Shown: positions 16,882-26,917, counted from the stretch's first letter. The stretch: DNA of 64,000 bases from Patescibacteria group bacterium (GCA_018825365.1 JAHJEV010000003.1:387669-451668); one strand, 5' to 3'. The notes: a model not told the origin generated them from the sequence alone. Numbers and translations are program-made.

Positions 16882-16965
16882 TCAGCTTATACGGTGCATT
16901 TTCTTCTTGGTTCTTTTTATTTTCTTATTCATTTGTCGGCTGTTTCTCTTTTTGTTTCTTGGCAT
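16882..16965 (-). CDS. Putative 27-aa highly basic peptide MPRNKKRNSRQMNKKIKRTKKKMHRIS
   Basis: Hand-translated ORF filling the intergenic gap; 13 of 27 residues are K/R. Confidence 0.45.
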   Translation of the reverse strand: MPRNKKRNSRQMNKKIKRTKKKMHRIS

Positions 16966-17020
16966 ATCGTAGATATTCTGCCATAAATACCAAATTAATC
17001 AAGGCTTCTTGTGATAAAAT

Positions 17021-17662
17021 TTGTTCGTGAGAGTCGTTACCGGAAACAAAATTGAAGAGATAAATAAGCAAAAATTCCAAGAAATGACTGGTGGTTACTC
17101 CCGTGTTGAAATTGATTTGGGTACCGGAGATGGAAGGTTTGTTTATAAAAATGCCCTCTTAAGAAAAGACACCCTTTTTATTGGGGTTGACCCGGCGGAA
17201 AAACAATTGGAAATTTATTCAAAAAAAGCTGCAAAAGAAAAGGTTCAAAATTTAATTTATGTAGTATCTTCCTTTGAGATGCTACCAAGCGAGCTTAGAG
17301 AAACTGCGGATAAAATATACGTGAGCTTTCCATGGGGTACCTTGCTCGAAAACATTGTTAAACCAACAAAGGGTGGCTTAGATAAACTTCTGGAGTTATT
17401 AAAAGAAAAAGGAGAACTAGAAATAATTTTGGGGTACGCGCAGGAACTTGAACCGTCAGAAACAAAAAGATTAAACCTTCCCCCAATTCACTTAGGTTTA
17501 ATAAACGATATTATAGTTCCGGCTTTTGAGGACAGATCCTTTCATGCAAAAGAATTTTACGAAATGAGCAAAGAACAGCTTGGGGGTGTAGAAACCACAT
17601 GGGCAAAAAAGCTTAGATTTGGCAGGGACAGGAAAATCTACAAACTAGTATTCTCCAAGTAA
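17021..17662 (+). CDS. 16S rRNA (adenine1408-N1)-methyltransferase, NpmA/KamB family
   Basis: IDLGTGDGR, IGVDP, FPWGTLLE.IVKP and TWAKKLRFGR match the family motifs. Confidence 0.85.
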   Translation: MFVRVVTGNKIEEINKQKFQEMTGGYSRVEIDLGTGDGRFVYKNALLRKDTLFIGVDPAEKQLEIYSKKAAKEKVQNLIYVVSSFEMLPSELRETADKIYVSFPWGTLLENIVKPTKGGLDKLLELLKEKGELEIILGYAQELEPSETKRLNLPPIHLGLINDIIVPAFEDRSFHAKEFYEMSKEQLGGVETTWAKKLRFGRDRKIYKLVFSK

Positions 17663-17668
17663 CTCCCA

Positions 17669-17866
17669 TTACCTTATTAATAATAAAAATATCGCAACTG
17701 CAACAACACCTATGATTAGTATTTTAATTATTGGTTTCTTCCAACTTAATTTCACCGGGGATGTTTCTTTCGGAGCCTCTACTATTGGTTCTTCAGCAAC
17801 TGGTGTAGCAACCGGAGCTTCCGGAACTTGCGGCATCGGAACGTTTTTTTCTTCCAATTTAATCAC
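17669..17866 (-). CDS. Small Pro/Glu-rich protein with C-terminal TM anchor
   Basis: GGAGG SD; hydrophobic tail. Confidence 0.55.
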   Translation of the reverse strand: MIKLEEKNVPMPQVPEAPVATPVAEEPIVEAPKETSPVKLSWKKPIIKILIIGVVAVAIFLLLIR

Positions 17867-17959
17867 CTCCTATTTAATGCTATCACTTTTGAAAATCCAT
17901 TACTATTAATGTATCATCTCAGTACTATAAGAAAATATATCGCATAGAAGGAGGCGAAA

Positions 17960-18316
17960 ATGACCCACAAGTTTTTGATTTCAATCGATACCTGTCAAGG
18001 ACTCCGGTATGATCAACTCACAACTTACCTTTATGAAAACGGGTTAGTAAAGAACTTGGTACAGGGAAATGTGTCCCAAGATGGATCGGAGGGAACGGTT
18101 TATGCCTATGTAAGTAACAAACAGAGATTTCTGGCTTACTTAAACAGACGGAAATTAAACCGAACCGCCGATGACCCAAGGGAGATGATCAGAAGTTTCC
18201 ACTACGAAGGGAGAATATATGTTCGCCCTCCGGATGACGAAGAGATAAAGACTAGTCAAAATCTGAAAAGAATGAGGAAACGAACCAACGTATCTGGGAA
18301 TGGTGTAAAATTCTAA
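17960..18316 (+). CDS. Hypothetical protein
   Basis: AAGGAGG SD; 118-aa ORF. Confidence 0.6.
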   Translation: MTHKFLISIDTCQGLRYDQLTTYLYENGLVKNLVQGNVSQDGSEGTVYAYVSNKQRFLAYLNRRKLNRTADDPREMIRSFHYEGRIYVRPPDDEEIKTSQNLKRMRKRTNVSGNGVKF

Positions 18317-18416
18317 CAACCTACCTACAACAACCACTTTTGGATAACAGAGGTGGCTGTTCTTTTTCTCTAAACATCTAAAGGGTGATAAAATACAAAA
18401 GTACAAAGGCATTTAT

Positions 18417-18492
18417 CGGGGTGTGGCGCAGTTGGTAGCGCGCACGTATGGGGTGCGTGAGGTCGCAGGTTCGAGCCCTGTCACCCCGACCA
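18417..18492 (+). tRNA. tRNA-Pro(GGG)
   Basis: CGGGGTG/CACCCCG acceptor stem, loop ATGGGGT, GGTTCGAG, encoded CCA. Confidence 0.95.
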
Positions 18493-18538
18493 AAGATTCT
18501 TGGGGAGTTTTAACTATTAGTGTTATTGATTTATTATC

Positions 18539-19375
18539 TTACTTAATCCCGAGTGCCGCGTTGATCACAGGCTCCATAGCATCGTAACCGTACGCCCCGG
18601 CAAAGTTTGTGGTATTTATATAAAATCCCGGCGTCCCATTCACCCCTACACTAGAAGCTAAGCCCATATCCGCAGTCAACTGGCTATCATACTTTCCGCT
18701 ATCGAGACAAGATTTCATGTTACTTGCGTTAATTACGGAGCCTAAAAAGTCAGCCAATACACCGGACTGAGTCTTATCATTTTTCACAGTATTATTCATC
18801 AGATTATATCCGGTATTGCTCATAATAAGATCATTCACCTCCCAAAATTTTCGCATTTCAAATGCGCAGTACAAGGCTTTCATCCCCATTTCCCCACTCC
18901 CATGCCCTGGGAAATAAATTAACGCAAACGATGCTTTACCCTGATCGACTAGTTTTCTTATTTCTGGAACCGGGGCTAGATATGTTCCACCATCCTCTAC
19001 CAACTTAAACTGACCTGTGTTAAGTTCTTTATTCTTTCCCCCGGCAATCTGGCAATAAGGACAGCTAGGATCTGATACTTCAAGGATAACCAACTTTCCG
19101 TTAGCATCTCCAAACTTTATCGCAGCTTTATTAATGGCATCTTTTATCTGGGCGAGTTCTATTTTTGGTTGTTGCGGTTGTTGATTTGCGCCAGTAGTAG
19201 TTTCGGTACCTTGCGCACTCTTGCCGACGTTTTTTTCCAACATTTGTACCTTGGTCAAAAGCGACCCTATTACAAAAGCTGCAACAACAAGCACTATAAC
19301 TAAAGCTATTTGAACAATTTGATTATTTAAGATTGAAGATATCTTTTTACTTGAGCTGTGTTTTTCCATAAGCAC
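18539..19375 (-). CDS. DsbA/thioredoxin-fold oxidoreductase
   Basis: SDPSCPYC and GVNGTPGF motifs; N-terminal TM. Confidence 0.88.
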   Translation of the reverse strand: MLMEKHSSSKKISSILNNQIVQIALVIVLVVAAFVIGSLLTKVQMLEKNVGKSAQGTETTTGANQQPQQPKIELAQIKDAINKAAIKFGDANGKLVILEVSDPSCPYCQIAGGKNKELNTGQFKLVEDGGTYLAPVPEIRKLVDQGKASFALIYFPGHGSGEMGMKALYCAFEMRKFWEVNDLIMSNTGYNLMNNTVKNDKTQSGVLADFLGSVINASNMKSCLDSGKYDSQLTADMGLASSVGVNGTPGFYINTTNFAGAYGYDAMEPVINAALGIK

Positions 19376-19445
19376 TCCTTAAATTTGTTATTGCGAAATG
19401 ATATCCTTATTTTCTGCGAGTCGCAACTTTTAAATCTTGAAAAAA

Positions 19446-20414
19446 TTATTCTATGACTTCTCTGACCATGTAGGTTTTTCTTCCGGATGACTCAAAGTAT
19501 GTTCTTATCATAAGCTCCCCCAGCATACCCAACATCATCGATTGAACTCCAACTATTATAAGTAAAACCGAGAGAGTTAAAAGGGGTCTGTTTCCAATAC
19601 TGTGACCAAGCAACTTTAAAACCAAAAGATATATCCCAGCCAACCCACCAACTCCAGAAATCATCGCCCCGGTAAATCCGAAAAGTCTTCCCGGCATAGC
19701 TTTAAACGGCTTTCTTGCGTAATAAAGCAGGAAAAAAAGGGTCATAATATCAAGCATTACTTTAAATGTTCTTTTGTGGTCTTTATAATAAGAAACCCCG
19801 AAATCCCTGTCTTTAAAATCAACATCAAATTCAGTCATTTTCGCACCGAACACACTCACATAATCAGGTATGAACCTATGCATTTCTCCATATAATCTTA
19901 GGTTTTTAACAATTTCTCTTCTGAAACCCTTCATTCCGGAACCTCTGTCTTTCATGTGAACTCCGGAAATTTTTCCGATAATAAAATTGGCGAGGCCGCT
20001 TTGTTTTGCTCTTCCGCTTTTTCCCGCACTCCATCTTTGAGCTCTATTTGTGTTTACAAAATCGTATCCTTCATCCAAAAGGTCGATTATTTTATTTATA
20101 TTTTCAAGCGGGGTCTCCAAATCTGCAGATACTGTGATTACATAATCTCCGGCGGCTATATCAAAACCTGCCGCATAGGCGCAGCTCTGACCAAAATTAG
20201 TCATTAGGTTTACTCCTCTTACCTCGAGGTGGGTGTTTGCATATTTCCTAATGACCTTCCAAGTACCATCTTTACTGCCGTCGTCCACCACAATAATTTC
20301 AAACACATACCTGTGGTTTTGGATAAGCTTAAATAATTCATCTAAGGTTCTATTAATATTTTCTTCCTCGTTGTAACAAGGAATTATTATCGATACAAGT
20401 CTATTTTTTTCCAT
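19446..20414 (-). CDS. GT2 glycosyltransferase (ArnC/DPM-synthase-like)
   Basis: IIPCYNEE, VDDGSKD, NFGQ and MHRFIP motifs; C-terminal TMs. Confidence 0.9.
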   Translation of the reverse strand: MEKNRLVSIIIPCYNEEENINRTLDELFKLIQNHRYVFEIIVVDDGSKDGTWKVIRKYANTHLEVRGVNLMTNFGQSCAYAAGFDIAAGDYVITVSADLETPLENINKIIDLLDEGYDFVNTNRAQRWSAGKSGRAKQSGLANFIIGKISGVHMKDRGSGMKGFRREIVKNLRLYGEMHRFIPDYVSVFGAKMTEFDVDFKDRDFGVSYYKDHKRTFKVMLDIMTLFFLLYYARKPFKAMPGRLFGFTGAMISGVGGLAGIYLLVLKLLGHSIGNRPLLTLSVLLIIVGVQSMMLGMLGELMIRTYFESSGRKTYMVREVIE

Positions 20415-21346
20415 ATTTTTTCCTTAAACCAATCGACCTCTTTCTTAAGGCCATCTTGAGGCTTCGTAGTTGGATTATACCCCAAAATCTCCCTTGCTTT
20501 TTCGATAGTTGCCCGTGTCTCCAGCTGATCGCCCTGTCTTGGCGGCTTAATATCGTATATGGCCTTTTTACCCAAATAATCCTCAATTATTTTAATTCCC
20601 TCGCCTGTTGTAATTGCGCTATCAAGTCCAAGGTTAAATATCTCACCTATACACTTATTAATATTATTAAGAATCGAGACATAACCATCAATCATATCTC
20701 CTATGTATGTATAACTCCTCAAGTGCTTTTCACTTCCTTCATAAAATGGGAAAGGAACATCATTTAGAATTGAGTTGATAACTTTCGGATAGAGTTTATC
20801 CGGTCTTTCCCTCTCACCATATACAGAAAACGGTCTTACTGAGCACACTGGAAATTTTTTATCCCTTTGATAAGCAAGTATAAGCTGCTCTGCAGCGAGT
20901 TTTGTAACACCGTAGTAAGAGGTTGGTTTGGGAGGGGTATTTTCATCATCCATAGCGTGTACCCCATAAACCGAAGATGTGGATGTGTTTACGAAAATTC
21001 TAAGATCCGGAATATTCTTTAAAGCCTGATACAAATTTTCTGTTGCGTTAATATTGTTTTTAATAAAACTATCAAGAGGAACATCCGCTGATATTCCGGG
21101 CTGTGCAGCAAAATGAAAAACCGCCCCAACACCTTCCAGCACGTCATCTATCTTATCTGTTACTAAATCAAGTTCGTGAACTCTTATTCTCTGTTTTTCA
21201 AGATCTAAAGCGTTAAGCTTTTTCAAATCTACGCAGTAATAAGGACTAAAATTATCAATTCCAACGACTTCGTGTCCAAGTGAGTGTAACCTTTCGGAAA
21301 GATGGAAACCTATAAATCCTGCTGCACCAGTTACAAGTATCTTCAT
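20387..21346 (-). CDS. NAD-dependent epimerase (UDP-glucuronate 4-epimerase-like)
   Basis: TGAAGFIG, STSSVYG, YGVTK. Confidence 0.9.
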   Translation of the reverse strand: MKILVTGAAGFIGFHLSERLHSLGHEVVGIDNFSPYYCVDLKKLNALDLEKQRIRVHELDLVTDKIDDVLEGVGAVFHFAAQPGISADVPLDSFIKNNINATENLYQALKNIPDLRIFVNTSTSSVYGVHAMDDENTPPKPTSYYGVTKLAAEQLILAYQRDKKFPVCSVRPFSVYGERERPDKLYPKVINSILNDVPFPFYEGSEKHLRSYTYIGDMIDGYVSILNNINKCIGEIFNLGLDSAITTGEGIKIIEDYLGKKAIYDIKPPRQGDQLETRATIEKAREILGYNPTTKPQDGLKKEVDWFKEKIWKKIDLYR

Positions 21347-21474
21347 ATCTATTTATTTTAACAGAATTTACATCACGTTTTTGTCACTCCATACCGAAAA
21401 AAATCAAGAGAGAAAAAAGTAAACCCCCTTCTATTTCTAAAAGAGGGTTTTTGGCGTGGAGACCAACTTGTTAA

Positions 21475-21750
21475 CTATTTGGTATCGAGGCCGTTTTTTC
21501 TTATAAACAACTTTTCTTTTCCTTTCAAGTCAATAACCCCAAACAGTAGGGCAATAATGATGGTGGTAAACAGACACAGTACAATGAAGAAAAGTATACC
21601 GCCAACAAGAACTGCAATGCTGTCGTTGTAAGAAACTCGGCTAAGAGCGGTTAAGACAATTGCTGCTCCAAAACACCACACAATTGTTGATAAAAGAAAG
21701 CTTGCCACGAGTTTTCCTTTATCGATTTTGGGATTTAAAGTCCATCTCAT
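21475..21750 (-). CDS. Small 2-TM membrane protein
   Basis: AAGGAG SD; hairpin at 21421-21450 downstream. Confidence 0.6.
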   Translation of the reverse strand: MRWTLNPKIDKGKLVASFLLSTIVWCFGAAIVLTALSRVSYNDSIAVLVGGILFFIVLCLFTTIIIALLFGVIDLKGKEKLFIRKNGLDTK

Positions 21751-21852
21751 AACTCTCTCCTTTTTGAATGGTCCAACTTCGAATATCAGTGTGATTATCG
21801 CCTAAAAAGCTAAAATAATCAACCATAGCCTCTTAATGTGTAATACCTTGAC

Positions 21853-22236
21853 TCAGGACTTTTTCTGTGGAAGTACTTGACAAGATTTACTAATATTAGG
21901 CTCCCCACCATATTCAGGATAATCAAGGTTCTCTAAAGATTTTTTCCCATTAAACCAATTCAAAATATTTGAAATGGTAACACCGATTTTCAAACCTGTG
22001 AAAGAACCGGGCCCTAGATTCGGAATAAATTCAGAAACATCCCCGACCTTTATTTTTTCCTTTTTCAAAAAATCCCGAATCGTCCCAACAATATCGATAT
22101 TTCCACTCTTTTTCTGCAAAACTTTCTCTTCACCATCAGTTACCTTGGTTAACCTCACCTCTTTTTCATCTCTTTTGGAGGAGTCTATATAAATTTTATA
22201 TTCTGATTTTTCTGCTGTTTTCATCGACATATTCAA
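21853..22236 (-). CDS. tsaB: TsaB, short N-terminal-domain-only form
   Basis: GPGSFTGLKIG motif; adjacent to tsaE. Confidence 0.8.
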   Translation of the reverse strand: MNMSMKTAEKSEYKIYIDSSKRDEKEVRLTKVTDGEEKVLQKKSGNIDIVGTIRDFLKKEKIKVGDVSEFIPNLGPGSFTGLKIGVTISNILNWFNGKKSLENLDYPEYGGEPNISKSCQVLPQKKS

Positions 22237-22594
22237 AATAAATTCTAATTGTATTTTCAGGTAATAGATTCTCTGCTAACTCCGGCCACTCAATTATCAT
22301 GATAGAATTTTCATCTTCAATCATCTCCTTTATGCCCAGGTCCCCAACCTCTTTTTCCGAAATTATTCTATACAAGTCAATGTGATTTACATGCCCGTAT
22401 TTCCTGGCGATTACAAACGTTGGACTCTGAACCCTATTTTTTAAACCTAAACTCTCAACCAAATATCTCGTAAAGGTAGTTTTACCACTACCCAAATCAC
22501 CATATAAAGCTAGTGTGTCCCCCAATTTTGTCTTTTCTGCTATTTCAGAAGCAAGTTTTTTAGTTTCTTCGGTAGAGTGGGTAATAATTTCCAT
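22196..22594 (-). CDS. tsaE: t6A biosynthesis ATPase TsaE
   Basis: GDLGSGKTT, SPTF, HIDLYR, IEWPE. Confidence 0.95.
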   Translation of the reverse strand: MEIITHSTEETKKLASEIAEKTKLGDTLALYGDLGSGKTTFTRYLVESLGLKNRVQSPTFVIARKYGHVNHIDLYRIISEKEVGDLGIKEMIEDENSIMIIEWPELAENLLPENTIRIYFEYVDENSRKIRI

Positions 22595-22911
22595 AAAAGT
22601 ATTCCCGAAATAATTGCACCAAGAGTATCTACACCAAGATCAAAAATGCTGCAAGATCTACCGAGTATTGTTAACTGATGTAGCTCATCGAAAACCGCAT
22701 AAGATACCGTCATAACAATGGAAAGAGGTATGTCTTTCGTTGCTTTAAAAAAAGCAATGCAAAGAATTATGAAAAGTATAAAGTGACCTGATATCTCCGA
22801 GGGCTCATTCCCAACTATTGATCTGTTTACCGCCTCTCCATTAATCGAGGAGAGAGCGTAGATGAGAAGCATTACAAATATTGCAGGTATCCAGTTTCTT
22901 AAAATCTTCAC
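22540..22911 (-). CDS. VanZ-like membrane protein
   Basis: DELHQ...GR...D...DTLG. Confidence 0.8.
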   Translation of the reverse strand: MKILRNWIPAIFVMLLIYALSSINGEAVNRSIVGNEPSEISGHFILFIILCIAFFKATKDIPLSIVMTVSYAVFDELHQLTILGRSCSIFDLGVDTLGAIISGILLWKLLPTLPKKLKNLLLK

Positions 22912-23572
22912 TTATTGATTGTATCATTTCCTTTTTATTCTTAGGCTTTTGAGATAAGAAGCCAAAAATAGCAGCCGCAAGAAATAAACCAATACTAAAA
23001 TATAAGTAGAGTTTCTTTGGAATATTTTCTATAAATCCCAGGTATGAGCTTTTGTAGCTTTGTGATGTTTCCATAACTTCAAAAACCTCGTTATTCTTTT
23101 CTTTTGTTGTATCTTCATAGTTTGAAAGGCTATAATTTATTTCCTCCACGTATCCATCATAGATTTTTTCGCCCCAAATATTTTTCTTGGGCGTAAAATA
23201 AGTTTTTCCATCTCTCAAACTTTCTATTTCAAACCAAAGATAAGTTTTATTAACATTTAAATTTTGGAGTCTAATAAGCATGTTCTCAGATATTTTCGGC
23301 AAATAATCCGTAGAAGAGAAACTTCCCGCCCACTCCTTATTCTCAGGATTAAATATCTCTACAGTTCCGTTTCCTGTCAAAGGCTTGACCACAAAATCTT
23401 TATTTTCATAACCAGAAAAAAGATAGGAAAAGTAAACTTCAGTTTCGGTGTTTTCTGGAACTAAATATTCCTTTAAAGAGAAGTCGAAATTAGTAAACAA
23501 AGCATAAGAGACACTAACTAAATAAAATAGGACAACAAAAAAGATAAATGTTTTAAAAAATATTGTTCTCAC
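22841..23572 (-). CDS. Hypothetical membrane-anchored protein
   Basis: Signal-like N-terminus and C-terminal TM. Confidence 0.6.
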   Translation of the reverse strand: MRTIFFKTFIFFVVLFYLVSVSYALFTNFDFSLKEYLVPENTETEVYFSYLFSGYENKDFVVKPLTGNGTVEIFNPENKEWAGSFSSTDYLPKISENMLIRLQNLNVNKTYLWFEIESLRDGKTYFTPKKNIWGEKIYDGYVEEINYSLSNYEDTTKEKNNEVFEVMETSQSYKSSYLGFIENIPKKLYLYFSIGLFLAAAIFGFLSQKPKNKKEMIQSISEDFKKLDTCNICNASHLRSLLD

Positions 23573-23636
23573 ACAGAGTTATTTTTACCGAAGGTAGGTA
23601 AGAAACAAGATATTAAAATCTACTAAGAATGGAAAT

Positions 23637-24878
23637 TTATCTTAAATGCCAATAAACAGTCATGTAGCCGCCACTATGGAATATGAAGACACCGTTTCCT
23701 CCATCGCCCATGCAGTTTCTACAAAAATAAGCTTTTCCGCCTGCAACAGCATAAACTATTGATCCGACCTTTCCGTACATATCATACGCGGGGTGAGCTT
23801 TCCCACCATAATATATCGAAGACCAGCAGGTGTCTCCAAAACCCTGAGAAATCGTTGGGCTGCTAAGCGGCCACCTCCAGCTTCCCTCCCCCACTGTTTT
23901 ATTTGTTGCAGAACTACAACCAGTATTCCAATACACTGTTTTTTTCTCAAGTTTCTTTGCAGGATCAACATAATTTGAGTAATACCAATCCCACCCCTCT
24001 ATATCTTTAAATGACGAATACTTATAAACACCGAAATGTACGTGATCCCCAAAAGAATATCCCGTGTTACCCTGAATCCCGATAGCATCTCCAGCTTTAA
24101 CATCTTTGGATTTTTCATTTTTTAGTACTGCAACAGCCCTGGTAATTTGCAAAAGCTCTTTTCTTGCATCCTCCAGTCTCTTTTGAAATTTCGCCTCATC
24201 GTTTTGTGTCTGCTCAAGTAAAGCTTCTTTAACATTTTTTTGATCTTCTAAAGATGCTCTATATGAATCAAGGTTTGCCTTCTCAACCTCAAGCTGTCTC
24301 TTTAGAGTTTCCTGTTCTTGTTTTGATTCCTGAAAAAGTCTTTTCTGTTCTTCAAAATTTCTCTTGGATTTATCCATATCCTTAATCATCTTATCGTCGT
24401 TTATCTCCATCACCTTTAGATACTCTGACTTTTTTACAAGTTGGTTCAAAGTATCACTTCCAAAAAGAATCATCAAAAACGAATCATCCTTCTCCTTGTA
24501 TCTTTCTCTCATTCTTGAGCCTAAAACGCTTCTTTGATGGTCTATTGATTTCTCCAATTTATCTATTCTTTGAGCCAAATCACTAATATCCCCTGCAAGT
24601 TTCTGGATCTTTTGTTCTGTCTTTTGAATATTGGCAATTGAGTTTTGAATTTTATACTGTGTAAGAGATATCTGTCCGTCCATATAAGAAATCTCGTTCT
24701 GAAGGGTAACCTCCTTACCGCGAAGGTCGCTTAATACCTTCTCCAAACAAGAAACTTTAAGCTCGGGATTGGAAATGCTATCGCATTTACTCGCTGCAAT
24801 AACTGGGGTGACAAAAACTGATAAAATCAGCACAAAAGACGCAATAAAAGCACAGATAAAAAGGCTTTTAATCCTCAT
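23637..24878 (-). CDS. Coiled-coil plus M23 peptidase (EnvC/PcsB-like FtsEX partner), circularly permuted M23 domain
   Basis: Signal peptide and long coiled coil; GNTGYSFGDHVHF precedes HPAYD...YWHLR. Confidence 0.8.
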   Translation of the reverse strand: MRIKSLFICAFIASFVLILSVFVTPVIAASKCDSISNPELKVSCLEKVLSDLRGKEVTLQNEISYMDGQISLTQYKIQNSIANIQKTEQKIQKLAGDISDLAQRIDKLEKSIDHQRSVLGSRMRERYKEKDDSFLMILFGSDTLNQLVKKSEYLKVMEINDDKMIKDMDKSKRNFEEQKRLFQESKQEQETLKRQLEVEKANLDSYRASLEDQKNVKEALLEQTQNDEAKFQKRLEDARKELLQITRAVAVLKNEKSKDVKAGDAIGIQGNTGYSFGDHVHFGVYKYSSFKDIEGWDWYYSNYVDPAKKLEKKTVYWNTGCSSATNKTVGEGSWRWPLSSPTISQGFGDTCWSSIYYGGKAHPAYDMYGKVGSIVYAVAGGKAYFCRNCMGDGGNGVFIFHSGGYMTVYWHLR

Positions 24879-24882
24879 ATAT

Positions 24883-25791
24883 TTAGTATTTCAAATACTT
24901 TTTGATTGCTGTTTTGCTTCCGAAGTATCCAAGCAAAAACCCGGATAAGAGGAGGATAAAAGCAAGAATTGTATTAAAAATTATCGGGTTTATAAAAAAT
25001 CCTGGGATAAAACCAATAGCCAAACCTTTCGAGAATATTCCCCATCTATCTATACCTACTCCCAAAAGTATGATTACACCAGAGGCCGCAGCTGCCGAAA
25101 CCATGCTAAAAAATACTCCTTCGTACATGAACGGGTCCCTAACATACGAATCGGAAGCACCCACAAGCTTCATTATTTCAAGCTCCTTTCCCCTAGCGTT
25201 AATAGATGTTCTTAATGCGGAAATAATAACCGAGTACGAAATCAGGAAAAATGAAACCACTAGAATAAAACCGACTATATAAACTGCCCTGCTGGTTGAA
25301 GCAAATCTTGAGACAACATCTTTGTAAAACCTAACCTCCTCAACCCCCTCCTGTGATTTATATTCATTTGTCAGCTTGTCCAAATTTCCGATGTTTTTGG
25401 CCTTCACTTCAAGACTGGCGGGCAAGATGCTTGCAGAAATTGATTCCAACAAAACCGGCTCATCCTTGTTTATCTCTTTGAAAATTCTTAAAGCCTCCTC
25501 TTTTGAAACGTAAGTTACAGACGCAACCCTGGCGTCATTCCCTATGTTTGCCTTCAAAGGCAGTATCTTGTCCTCACCAAAATCATCTTTGAAAAAAATT
25601 GTTATCTGCGCCTGATCTTCCAAGTATCTCAAAGCCGTCTGGGAGATTACAACGACATCTATGAAAATCCCCAGCAATAAAAAGGTAATTCCCATCAAGA
25701 GAAAGTTAGATACGCTCATTAATTTCTCTTTCTGAAGATGTCTTCGTAGATTTTCCCAAAATTTCGGCATTTTTGATGGTTTTTTAGACAC
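24883..25791 (-). CDS. ftsX: Cell division permease FtsX (start revised to GTG 25791 or ATG 25770)
   Basis: YVSKEEAL and ELEIMKLVGAS motifs; follows ftsE. Confidence 0.9.
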   Translation of the reverse strand: MSKKPSKMPKFWENLRRHLQKEKLMSVSNFLLMGITFLLLGIFIDVVVISQTALRYLEDQAQITIFFKDDFGEDKILPLKANIGNDARVASVTYVSKEEALRIFKEINKDEPVLLESISASILPASLEVKAKNIGNLDKLTNEYKSQEGVEEVRFYKDVVSRFASTSRAVYIVGFILVVSFFLISYSVIISALRTSINARGKELEIMKLVGASDSYVRDPFMYEGVFFSMVSAAAASGVIILLGVGIDRWGIFSKGLAIGFIPGFFINPIIFNTILAFILLLSGFLLGYFGSKTAIKKYLKY

Positions 25792-26470
25792 GATACTTTC
25801 CTCCTTCTTGATCTGAAGTAATTTTACCTTCCTCAATCCTAATAACTCTTTTTTTGAGGGAGTCAACAATTCTTTCATCATGGGTTGCCATAATAACCGT
25901 AGTCCCAAGTGAATTAATCTTTTCTAAAATCTCAACTACTCCATCAGAGGAATCAGGATCAATCATTCCGGTTGCCTCATCGGCTACCAAAACATCCGGC
26001 TCGTGAGCCAAAGCTCTTGCAATTGCGACTCTTTGCTTTTCTCCACCGGAAAGCTGACTTGGAAAATAGTCTTTCTGATTTGTCAAACCTACCAAACTTA
26101 GAATGTTTGGGATAATATTTTTTATTTCCTCTTTATTAGTACCAACAACCTCCAAAGCCACAGCAACATTATCGTAAACAGTTTTTGAATCCAAAAGCTT
26201 GTAATCCTGGAAAACAACCCCGATTTTTCTTCTTAGATCAGGAACTTCCTCATGTGGAATATCCGAAACACTCTCGCCATTAAATTTAATTTCGCCGTCT
26301 GTTGGTCTTTCTTCTCCTATTAAAAGGCATACAATTGTTGATTTACCGGCTCCTGAAGGACCCACAATAAAAACGAATTCCCCACTATTAACATTGAACG
26401 AAACGCCATCCAAAACTTTTATGCCGGGGATATATTCCTTCGATACTTTCAAAAACTCAATCTGATGCAT
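25784..26470 (-). CDS. ftsE: Cell division ATP-binding protein FtsE
   Basis: GPSGAGKS, LRRKIGVVFQDYKLL, LSGGEKQR. Confidence 0.93.
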   Translation of the reverse strand: MHQIEFLKVSKEYIPGIKVLDGVSFNVNSGEFVFIVGPSGAGKSTIVCLLIGEERPTDGEIKFNGESVSDIPHEEVPDLRRKIGVVFQDYKLLDSKTVYDNVAVALEVVGTNKEEIKNIIPNILSLVGLTNQKDYFPSQLSGGEKQRVAIARALAHEPDVLVADEATGMIDPDSSDGVVEILEKINSLGTTVIMATHDERIVDSLKKRVIRIEEGKITSDQEGGKYRV

Positions 26471-26891
26471 TTTTTATCACTACCTCCGAAACATCAATTA
26501 CATCCGTTTTTCCATCCTGCATTTTTGAAACACGCCCATAAATTCTAACATTCAAATTTTCAGCCAATGACAATTTTTGATCGTTTGCTCTTAAAAAATA
26601 AAGGGTCTTCCCGCTGGAGTCGTTTAGTGAATAAGAAACATTTTCAAGGGGATAGAGCTCTGGATTTGAATATAAAACCTTACCCTCGTAATACTTTCGT
26701 TCCTCAGCTGGCGCTGTTACTTGGGTTTGGTTATTGCTTTTTTCATCTTTATTTAACCTTCGATTTATAAAATAACCACCAAGAACTCCAATAAGGGTAA
26801 AGGAGATGAATACAAAGGCGAGTACGATTAATAATTTTCTGCCTTTTAGCTCTTCGGTTTTGGCATAAAGGCGTTTAAGCAGGTCTAACAT
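26457..26891 (-). CDS. Hypothetical membrane-anchored protein
   Basis: Single TM followed by a small beta-rich domain. Confidence 0.6.
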   Translation of the reverse strand: MLDLLKRLYAKTEELKGRKLLIVLAFVFISFTLIGVLGGYFINRRLNKDEKSNNQTQVTAPAEERKYYEGKVLYSNPELYPLENVSYSLNDSSGKTLYFLRANDQKLSLAENLNVRIYGRVSKMQDGKTDVIDVSEVVIKNASD

Positions 26892-26917
26892 AGTTAAGTC
26901 TATTATATATCAGAAGA

